Virus record (IMG/VR): IMGVR_UViG_3300027754_000042
Strand: one strand, 5' to 3'
Origin: a virus
Length of the DNA stretch: 64,000 nucleotides
Positions 57,204-63,429 of this stretch are shown one piece after another. Made by a program: the position numbers and the translations under genes. Below the pieces are notes generated by a model that was not told the DNA's origin, searched no databases, and was given only the letters and a program-made list of their open reading frames with translations. How positions within the stretch are numbered: position 1 is the stretch's first letter; each line of letters begins with the position of its first letter.

Positions 57204-57569
57204 GTGACAAAGATCGTTTATAATGGTTGCTTCGGTGGCTTTGGTTTGTCCGATGCCTGCATTCGTAGATACCTTGAGATAAAGGGTGTCCCTTTTACCG
57301 AGGAAGAGTCCGAAGTTAGTTTTCGCAATGTCCGATTCCGTATCGGTACTAGCGTAATGAATGAGGGTGAATTTTTCAATGATTGGAATATTGAGCGGAC
57401 AGATCCTGTTCTTGCTCAGGCCGTAGAGGAACTTGGTAAAGCTGCGTCTGGCTATTGTGCTGACCTGTGCATCCGTGAGTTAGCACCTGGTACGCGGTAC
57501 ATTCTGCGAGAGTATGACGGTTCCGAATGGATCGAAACCGAAGATGAAATGGAATGGAGTGTAGCATGA
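57204..57569 (+). CDS. conserved phage protein
   Basis: KIVYNGCFGGFGLS, RTDPVL, EYDGSE. Confidence 0.8.
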   Translation: MTKIVYNGCFGGFGLSDACIRRYLEIKGVPFTEEESEVSFRNVRFRIGTSVMNEGEFFNDWNIERTDPVLAQAVEELGKAASGYCADLCIRELAPGTRYILREYDGSEWIETEDEMEWSVA

Positions 57570-57820
57570 TCCGCATTGCAGCCGTCTCAGCATTAGCCCT
57601 CGCGCTCGCGGGCTGCAATGCGACCGTGTATGGTCCTCGCCCTACCATGGATGTTTACGTTCCGCCTCCGCGGTATATCGCGCAGGAGCCAGTGTATATA
57701 CCACAGCCTGTTCCTAGGCCGTATTATGCACCACTCCGACGCCCGCGGTGTGCTACTGTGTGGAATCGCACTCCTCATGGGTATGTAGAGCGTCAGGTTT
57801 GCGGGAACCATATCCCGTAA
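57566..57820 (+). CDS. Pro-rich lipoprotein
   Basis: Lipobox LAGC; P/Y/R-rich. Confidence 0.65.
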   Translation: MIRIAAVSALALALAGCNATVYGPRPTMDVYVPPPRYIAQEPVYIPQPVPRPYYAPLRRPRCATVWNRTPHGYVERQVCGNHIP

Positions 57821-57827
57821 AGATTTC

Positions 57828-57904
57828 GGACTCTTAGCTCAGTTGGTTAGAGCAGCGGTCTTTTAAACCGTTGGTGCTGGGTTCGAGTCCCAGAGAGTCC
57901 ACCA
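57828..57904 (+). tRNA. tRNA-Lys(TTT)
   Basis: Cloverleaf, loop CTTTTAA, CCA. Confidence 0.95.
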
Positions 57905-57909
57905 TATAA

Positions 57910-57987
57910 CCTCCGTTGGTGTAGCGGTCCAACATACCCGCCTTTCAAGCGCGGAGATCATCGGTTCAAATCCGATACGGAGGACCA
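57910..57987 (+). tRNA. tRNA-Glu(TTC)
   Basis: Cloverleaf, loop CTTTCAA, CCA; irregular anticodon stem. Confidence 0.9.
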
Positions 57988-57998
57988 AAAAAGAATGG

Positions 57999-58055
57999 TT
58001 GACAAAAGAGTGCCAATATGCTACTATATAAGAATAGAGAATACGCTGTTTGACA
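57999..58055 (+). promoter_or_regulatory. tRNA-operon promoter followed by rrn boxA-like element
   Basis: TTGACA-N17-TACTAT; GCTGTTTGACA at 58045-58055. Confidence 0.65.
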
Positions 58056-58129
58056 TTGCTGGTAAAGAAAAAGAAACGCCGGGGATTCCTGCTTTTAGAG
58101 TAGGGATTCTTACCCCATCGTGGGTGTAA

Positions 58130-58236
58130 CGGTTGTTTCTTCTAAAAGAGCTATGCGATGCTGCCACATCGTTAGTGGCAGCTACAAGATATCTCGTATG
58201 GGGTATGCAAGATAGCTCTTTTAGAAGAAACAACTG
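58130..58236 (+). ncRNA. structured RNA closed by a 23-25 bp stem
   Basis: 58132-58154 is the exact reverse complement of 58212-58234. Confidence 0.7.
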
Positions 58237-58431
58237 ATTAGGTATGGTGTTATGGAAAATCCCAGTGTTCCTGGGCAGCGCACAGTCCCTGGAGCCCTCT
58301 GTCCTGCAGGCACGGCATAAACTGAGTTGTAACTGAAAAGTGGGGTTGCTCCCACGCATAAGGTTACAGATTAAAGCGAACGGTATGACAGTCTATCCAT
58401 ATCCATAACATAACACCATGCCTAATCAGTT
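58232..58431 (+). ncRNA. structured RNA closed by a 23 bp stem
   Basis: 58232-58254 pairs with 58409-58431 with one G-U; internal hairpins. Confidence 0.7.
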
Positions 58432-58433
58432 TT

Positions 58434-58510
58434 CGGAGATTGGCTCAGTCTGGTAGAGCATCGCGTTTGGGACGCGAGGGTCGCAGGTTCGAATCCTGCA
58501 TCTCCGACCA
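58434..58510 (+). tRNA. tRNA-Pro(TGG)
   Basis: Cloverleaf, CCA. Confidence 0.96.
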
Positions 58511-58515
58511 ATTTA

Positions 58516-58591
58516 GGACCATTAGCTCAGCTGGTAGAGCAGGAGACTCTTAATCTCTTTGTCGCAGGTTCGATCCCTGCATGGTTCACCA
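58516..58591 (+). tRNA. tRNA-Lys(CTT)
   Basis: Loop CTCTTAA, CCA. Confidence 0.95.
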
Positions 58592-58596
58592 AATGA

Positions 58597-58671
58597 TGGG
58601 GCATAGCTCAGTGGTAGAGCAAACGCTTGATAAGCGTTAGGTCGCTGGTTCGGATCCAGCTGTCCCAACCA
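58597..58671 (+). tRNA. tRNA-Ile(GAT)
   Basis: Loop TTGATAA, CCA. Confidence 0.95.
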
Positions 58672-58717
58672 AATGCATATATAAACTATAATAGCATTCG
58701 TTGTTATTATAGTTTGA

Positions 58718-58793
58718 TTCTCGATAGCTCAGTTGGTAGAGCGTCTGACTGTTAATCAGAATGTCCCTGGTTCGAGCCCAGGTCGAGGAGCCA
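58718..58793 (+). tRNA. tRNA-Asn(GTT)
   Basis: Loop CTGTTAA, CCA. Confidence 0.96.
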
Positions 58794-58796
58794 ATT

Positions 58797-58908
58797 AGAA
58801 GAGGCGGTATCGGTGGAGCTTCATAGCTTGTTTCACGAACACCGAGAGAACATCCCATTGGTCGTGCGATGGTATTCAAGTATCCCTAATGCTGGGAACG
58901 CCTCTTCT
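58797..58908 (+). ncRNA. unidentified multibranch ncRNA
   Basis: 10 bp closing stem AGAAGAGGCG/CGCCTCTTCT plus three internal helices. Confidence 0.6.
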
Positions 58909-58918
58909 TCTCATTCAC

Positions 58919-58993
58919 GGTCCGTTAGCTCAGCGGTAGAGCAACGCTTTTACACGGCGAAGGTCGGCGGTTCAATCCCGTCACGGACTACCA
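58919..58993 (+). tRNA. tRNA-Val(TAC)
   Basis: Loop TTTACAC, CCA. Confidence 0.95.
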
Positions 58994-59069
58994 GGGGGTA
59001 TAGCTCAGTTGGGAGAGCGCCTGCTTTGCAAGCAGGATGTCGTCAGTTCGATTCTGGCTACCTCCACCA
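58994..59069 (+). tRNA. tRNA-Ala(TGC)
   Basis: G3-U70 pair, CCA; no spacer after tRNA-Val. Confidence 0.96.
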
Positions 59070-59070
59070 T

Positions 59071-59177
59071 TTCAGGACTAACAGTAGAAGCAAATGGTTA
59101 CCTACTGTGAATGGCAGCAAGATGCTGGGCGACCCGATAAATCCTAACCATAGGTTGCATCTAGTCAAGATCCTGAA
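59071..59177 (+). ncRNA. unidentified multibranch ncRNA
   Basis: Closing stem TTCAGGA/TCCTGAA, internal helices, possible loop-loop pairing. Confidence 0.6.
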
Positions 59178-59185
59178 TTCAATTT

Positions 59186-59262
59186 GTCTCGTTAGCTCAA
59201 CTGAATAGAGCATCGGTCTACGAAACCGAAGGTTGGGGGTTTGACTCCCTCACGGGACTCCA
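59186..59262 (+). tRNA. tRNA-Arg(ACG)
   Basis: Loop CTACGAA, CCA; A19/U56 variant. Confidence 0.93.
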
Positions 59263-59272
59263 TATCGCGTAT

Positions 59273-59316
59273 GGGATGGTGTGGTTTGGCGAGGCCTGTG
59301 TACACAACACCATCCC
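59273..59316 (+). other. intergenic hairpin
   Basis: GGGATGGTGT/ACACCATCCC 10 bp stem. Confidence 0.55.
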
Positions 59317-59325
59317 TCTAGTTTT

Positions 59326-59401
59326 GCCCTTATAGCTCAGCTGGTAGAGCAACTGATTTGTAATCAGTAGGTCCGGAGTTCGAATCTTCGTGGGGGCACC
59401 A
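59326..59401 (+). tRNA. tRNA-Thr(TGT)
   Basis: Loop TTTGTAA, CCA. Confidence 0.95.
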
Positions 59402-59402
59402 T

Positions 59403-59570
59403 AATTCGAAGGGATGAGATCCTTTGCGTCACCACCTAACCTGGGTTCAAGCGGCCTTGGTGGATATAGGCTGCGGCCGCCTGAAGAGACCGAGTTACTT
59501 GGACCGTCTTGTCTCAGAACCTGTTGCGCGAAAAGGCAACGCTGGATGGCAGTAACCAGTACCGAAATTT
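59403..59570 (+). ncRNA. unidentified GC-rich ncRNA with possible pseudoknots
   Basis: At least five helices fill the Thr-Asp spacer. Confidence 0.55.
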
Positions 59571-59645
59571 GCTCTTGTACGCATCTGGTGAAGCGACCCC
59601 TCTGTCTAAGGGGTGAGGAGGGTTCGATTCCCTTCAAGAGCGCCA
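59571..59645 (+). tRNA. tRNA-Asp(GTC)
   Basis: Loop CTGTCTA, G73, CCA. Confidence 0.92.
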
Positions 59646-59665
59646 TAAAAAATGAAGGATCATAT

Positions 59666-60628
59666 ATGCAGCCTGTTGCAGTCTTTTGTAAAGAACCAGA
59701 ACTATCTGTTTATTGGACACTCACAGATTTCTGCAATTTTAGTTGCAACTATTGTCCATCTTTTCTTCATAGTGGTGAATATCACAAAGGTGTATCGCAA
59801 GGATTTCCTACTGACGAACAGATAATAGCATTTGTTGATAAGCTTGAAGAGTTGGCTAAAACTCGCAGACTTGATGTTGTGTTAAGTGGCGGAGAACCAA
59901 CTTTGCATCCTATGCTACCCTACATTGTTTCCAGATTGCGTGATAAATGCATATTGTGTATAACGACCAATGGTTCGCGAGGAAATGATTTTTGGAAAAG
60001 TATCCTTCCTATTTCAGCCGTTCAGTTATCTCTTCATCCAGAGTTCACAAAATCTAATAAGGTCAATAGTCTCTCAAGAATTATTATAGATAGTGGAACT
60101 AACTTGAGGTACAATCTATCGTGTGATCCTAATAATTGGGAAAAAGCAATGGCTTTATATGATGAATTAGATGACGAGTTTAAAGTTTTTGTTACTCCAA
60201 AAGTCTTGCAGCATTGGGATAAAAACGATAAAATAAATCGCACGACTTATAGATACAGCAGGGAACAATATAACTGGATATCAGACACATTAAAAAAATA
60301 TGAAGATTATATTGCAAATAACAAAAAAAGAGAAACTAGGTCTAACCCTAAAATGATCTTTTCTGATGGGTCAACTATCTCAGCAATGAAACTTGGACTT
60401 ATAACGCTGAATAATTGGCACAATTTCGAAGGATGGAAATGCCATGTTGGGTCGGAATCCATTCATGCTTCATATTCCGGTGATGTTTTTGCTGGAGTGT
60501 GTGGTTCAAAATTATTAGGAAAGATTGATAATTTTGAATTATTTGATGACTATATAATCTGTCCTAGACATCGCTGTACATGTCCTTCGGATATTAAAGC
60601 GAATAAGCAAATAGTTTTGCCCCTGTAG
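59666..60628 (+). CDS. radical SAM protein; stop codon inside tRNA-Leu
   Basis: CNFSCNYC, SGGEPTLHP, TTNG, C-terminal Cys cluster; SD GAAGGA. Confidence 0.88.
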   Translation: MQPVAVFCKEPELSVYWTLTDFCNFSCNYCPSFLHSGEYHKGVSQGFPTDEQIIAFVDKLEELAKTRRLDVVLSGGEPTLHPMLPYIVSRLRDKCILCITTNGSRGNDFWKSILPISAVQLSLHPEFTKSNKVNSLSRIIIDSGTNLRYNLSCDPNNWEKAMALYDELDDEFKVFVTPKVLQHWDKNDKINRTTYRYSREQYNWISDTLKKYEDYIANNKKRETRSNPKMIFSDGSTISAMKLGLITLNNWHNFEGWKCHVGSESIHASYSGDVFAGVCGSKLLGKIDNFELFDDYIICPRHRCTCPSDIKANKQIVLPL

Positions 60629-60695
60629 TCCAACTGGTAGAGGCACCGGATTTAGGTTCCGGGTGGTGGGAGTTCGAATCTCTCCAGGGGCACCA
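60619..60695 (+). tRNA. tRNA-Leu(TAG), short variable loop
   Basis: Loop TTTAGGT, A73, CCA. Confidence 0.9.
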
Positions 60696-60710
60696 ATATA
60701 AGGATGCATT

Positions 60711-61169
60711 ATGCAAAAGATGATCGTGCTTGACAATGTGTTTGATCCTGTTATACTGGAACAGTTGAAAGCGTTTGATTATGGTCCGCCAATGCCACAG
60801 CGTTGGTACGATTACGGCGTTAGCCCATTGCATGAAAAGATCCTCGATATCGCGAAGGAGCATTTTGATCTATCGCAGACAACTGGTTATGAAATGTGGG
60901 TCAATCAAAAAGCCGTTGGTTGGCATTTTGACCACGATGAGTACATATATAAGCGAACAGAGGAACTGATATTTCCTGCTGTGAGCATCGTGTACTACGC
61001 ACACATCGAAAACATGCAAGGTGGTGATTTCACGTCCGAGAGTTTTCGATGTACGCCTAAGACAAATAGGTTGGTCATGTTCTCTTCTGACATTTACCAT
61101 GCTGTGTATGATTACACAGGTACACGATTTGCAATTAGTATGAATCCGTGGAATAACAGGCCCGTATAG
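60711..61169 (+). CDS. 2OG-Fe(II) oxygenase; stop codon inside tRNA-Leu
   Basis: WHFD, GG, PKTNRLVMF, H.V, R. Confidence 0.85.
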   Translation: MQKMIVLDNVFDPVILEQLKAFDYGPPMPQRWYDYGVSPLHEKILDIAKEHFDLSQTTGYEMWVNQKAVGWHFDHDEYIYKRTEELIFPAVSIVYYAHIENMQGGDFTSESFRCTPKTNRLVMFSSDIYHAVYDYTGTRFAISMNPWNNRPV

Positions 61170-61236
61170 TCCAACTGGAAGAGGCGTCGGTTTCAAACTC
61201 CGAATGTTGTAGGTTCGAGTCCTACTACGGGCACCA
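61160..61236 (+). tRNA. tRNA-Leu(CAA), short variable loop
   Basis: Loop TTCAAAC, A73, CCA. Confidence 0.88.
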
Positions 61237-61251
61237 ATTTAAAGGTATATC

Positions 61252-61848
61252 ATGCAGAAATTAAATTTGTTTTCAACACCAGTAGCAATTTTTGATTTGC
61301 CAGATTTTGAAAGAATCAATAAAATTATTTTAGATGGCAATCTCAAAGGTGTTGCTGAGCAAAATGGTTCAGATACTTTTGAGTATTCACAAGACAGAAA
61401 TATCTGGAGTCATAGATATAATGAAGGTATAAATATTCTTCATGATTTCTTTTTGGAATCTGCTGCCAAATATGCAACTGAATTTTTTGAGATGGAATAT
61501 AAACCAGATTTCTTTAGACATGCTAGAGGGTGGATTAATTTTTGTAAATATGGGCAAGAATATAGATTTCATAGTCATCGAATGACTACGATTGCAGCCA
61601 CTTATTATGTGGATGTAGGAGATAAAGGTGGGATCATTCGACTACTCGATCCTAGATCGACGTTAGGTTGGATTAGTCTTAATCCTAAACATTATAATGT
61701 GTTCAACTATAAGCCAAAAGCTGGACAGATGATTATGTTTCCTGGGTGGCTAGTTCATCAAGTGTCGCACAATCAAACCGATAAAGATCGTGTGGCAGTG
61801 ACAACAAATATGAATCTTATTCAGAAGCACTATGCTACCTTAGTGTAA
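61252..61848 (+). CDS. TIGR02466-like 2OG-Fe(II) oxygenase; stop codon inside tRNA-His
   Basis: LFSTP, WIN, HSH, DPR, FPGWLVH.V, R. Confidence 0.85.
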   Translation: MQKLNLFSTPVAIFDLPDFERINKIILDGNLKGVAEQNGSDTFEYSQDRNIWSHRYNEGINILHDFFLESAAKYATEFFEMEYKPDFFRHARGWINFCKYGQEYRFHSHRMTTIAATYYVDVGDKGGIIRLLDPRSTLGWISLNPKHYNVFNYKPKAGQMIMFPGWLVHQVSHNQTDKDRVAVTTNMNLIQKHYATLV

Positions 61849-61909
61849 TTGGTAAGCACCCGGTGTTGTGGACGCCGGAGTTCAAGTTCGAATCTTGGAG
61901 GTAGTGCCA
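61834..61909 (+). tRNA. tRNA-His(GTG), lacking G-1
   Basis: Loop TTGTGGA, G1-U72, G73, CCA. Confidence 0.9.
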
Positions 61910-61918
61910 ATATAAATA

Positions 61919-61993
61919 GATCCTAGAGCATGACTGGCTATGCGGGTGTCTCTAAAACATCGAATACGGGTTCAAGTCCCGTTAGGATCACCA
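61919..61993 (+). tRNA. amber suppressor-type tRNA (anticodon CTA)
   Basis: 7 bp acceptor GATCCTA/TAGGATC, loop CTCTAAA, TTCAAGT T-loop, A73, CCA. Confidence 0.85.
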
Positions 61994-62061
61994 ACTGATA
62001 ATGGAGTAATAACATGAAGGTATTTTTTCTGTAGGTTTTTCGTCCCCCATGAATTTTCTTA

Positions 62062-62090
62062 TTGACTTTGAATAATCACTATCGTATAAT
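62062..62090 (+). promoter_or_regulatory. sigma70-type promoter
   Basis: TTGACT-N17-TATAAT. Confidence 0.75.
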
Positions 62091-62114
62091 GTTAACATCA
62101 ATAAGGAAACCAAC

Positions 62115-62531
62115 ATGTCTATCAAGTTAAAGATCAAGTCTAAACATCTCGCATTGGAAGCTGGCGTCATTCGGTTCGAGGAACAGAAACTCAAGCGCCA
62201 GATTGAATGGCTCAAGACACACCAAAAGGACGAGACTAAAGTTCGTTTTATGTGGGAGTCATTGAATAGCCATCGTCGTTTTGATGTTCGCAATGAAGCT
62301 CGTGCTACTCTTCTCGCTCGCGCATACATAGAAGGGCGAATTTACAAAACGGTAGAACATTGTCGTAAAGATAATGGTACGTTCAAGACGTATATTTTGC
62401 CTCGTATTGTTTCAATGGTCATCAAATATGAGCATGGAAAAATTGAAAAGTTTATGAAGCCAGATGCGGTAAAAGCCGTGCGTGACGAGGTTGTAGCGTG
62501 GCTTGAAGGTCAAGTCTGGGTTCAAGTATAA
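62115..62531 (+). CDS. conserved phage hypothetical protein
   Basis: LKIKSKHLALEA...HRR..VRNEAR...LARA. Confidence 0.75.
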   Translation: MSIKLKIKSKHLALEAGVIRFEEQKLKRQIEWLKTHQKDETKVRFMWESLNSHRRFDVRNEARATLLARAYIEGRIYKTVEHCRKDNGTFKTYILPRIVSMVIKYEHGKIEKFMKPDAVKAVRDEVVAWLEGQVWVQV

Positions 62532-62538
62532 AAGAATT

Positions 62539-62632
62539 GGGTGAGTTGATGCTATGGCGTGTGCATCCCCGGACTGTAAATCCGGTCCCTATGTGGTAAA
62601 CAATGTAGGTTCGACTCCTACCTCACCCACCA
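62539..62632 (+). tRNA. tRNA-Tyr(GTA), enlarged D arm
   Basis: Loop CTGTAAA, long variable region, CCA. Confidence 0.88.
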
Positions 62633-62717
62633 CTACCATCGGACCGTGTGCCCACCGTGCGGCAGCCGATGTAAAACAAACCCGTGGCGCTTATGGAGCC
62701 AGTTAACGGTGGGAACA
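62633..62717 (+). ncRNA. unidentified pseudoknotted element
   Basis: CCCACCGT/ACGGTGGG crossed by CATCGG/CCGATG. Confidence 0.5.
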
Positions 62718-62721
62718 GTTT

Positions 62722-62797
62722 GCCGATGTAGCTCAGTTGGTAGAGCGCACCCTTCATACGGGTATGGTCACTGGTTCAAGTCCAGTTTTCGGCACCA
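62722..62797 (+). tRNA. tRNA-Met(CAT), elongator type
   Basis: Loop TTCATAC, CCA. Confidence 0.92.
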
Positions 62798-62802
62798 ATT
62801 GA

Positions 62803-62877
62803 AGCAGAGTGGAGCAGTAGTAGCTCGTTTGGTTCATACCCAAAAGGCCGGTGGTGCAATTCCACCCTCTGCAACCA
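62803..62877 (+). tRNA. initiator-like tRNA-Met(CAT), atypical
   Basis: 1:72 mismatch, A11:U24; only two G-C pairs in anticodon stem. Confidence 0.8.
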
Positions 62878-62974
62878 ATATAGTCTCGCGGCGTTTGGAT
62901 CACCCTCCCAGGTTCACGGTCACAAAGCGAGTGTGGTGGTACTGCGTGGTAAGGTTCGCTCTTACCAACTATAT
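62878..62974 (+). ncRNA. unidentified multibranch ncRNA
   Basis: Closing stem ATATAGT/ACTATAT, internal helices incl. a T-arm-like hairpin. Confidence 0.5.
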
Positions 62975-62978
62975 ACTT

Positions 62979-63054
62979 GCCGTCTAAGCTAATCTAGTGA
63001 AAGCGCCTGCCTGAAGAGCAAGAGAGCTTGGAGCGTAACCAAGAGACGGCACCA
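62979..63054 (+). tRNA. tRNA-Phe(GAA), divergent
   Basis: Acceptor GCCGTCT/AGACGGC, loop CTGAAGA, T-loop AGCGTAA, CCA. Confidence 0.82.
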
Positions 63055-63062
63055 TTATAAAT

Positions 63063-63093
63063 AAAAAAAGGAGCGAACTTCGGATCCGCTCCT
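63063..63093 (-). terminator. intrinsic terminator (minus strand, possibly bidirectional)
   Basis: A7 run then AGGAGCG/CGCTCCT stem. Confidence 0.75.
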
Positions 63094-63113
63094 CTACTTC
63101 ATGTAAGGTAAAT

Positions 63114-63347
63114 TTATTCGGTATATGTGAATGAAGTGTTAGCTACCAAATCTTTTAGACCAGTGAGAAGAACATCGCCTTCGTCATCTTCTTCGTCATC
63201 TTCGTCATCTTCTTCTTCGTCTTCTGGCTCTTCGGTAAGATTGCCTAGGATTGTATCAATTCTCATTTCAAGTTCATTAAGAAAGTCAATTTTGGATTGG
63301 ATCTTATCTACACGATTACTGATTTCTTCAAAAAGCTTCTCGGTCAT
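63114..63347 (-). CDS. small highly acidic protein
   Basis: SD AGGA, CTAAATA box at 63394-63400 on minus strand, terminator downstream. Confidence 0.65.
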   Translation of the reverse strand: MTEKLFEEISNRVDKIQSKIDFLNELEMRIDTILGNLTEEPEDEEEDDEDDEEDDEGDVLLTGLKDLVANTSFTYTE

Positions 63348-63429
63348 GATTTTTTCCTATAATATGAATCATTATAAATATTTCGCACGACGCTATTTAG
63401 AATAATTTATTCAAATAGGAAATAAATAT

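Noticed and set aside
58130-58431. Retron msr/msd, tmRNA or 6S RNA
   Set aside because: No reverse transcriptase in the window, no tag reading frame or tmRNA acceptor ends, and the fold is multibranched rather than a 6S-like rod.
58024-59646. ORFs 58024-58359, 58637-58879, 58813-59208, 59218-59646 (and 62646-62987)
   Set aside because: Shadows of tRNA and structured RNA sequence.
59414-59665. N-terminal extension of the radical SAM ORF
   Set aside because: Overlaps an ncRNA and tRNA-Asp; the SD-supported start is 59666.
61160-61236. Reading the anticodon as TCA (opal suppressor or Sec)
   Set aside because: Symmetric placement in the anticodon arm gives CAA; D arm and A73 match the neighbouring tRNA-Leu.
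61911-61918. TATAAATA as a late promoter for the suppressor tRNA
   Set aside because: It abuts tRNA base 1, so a T4-type start would fall inside the tRNA.
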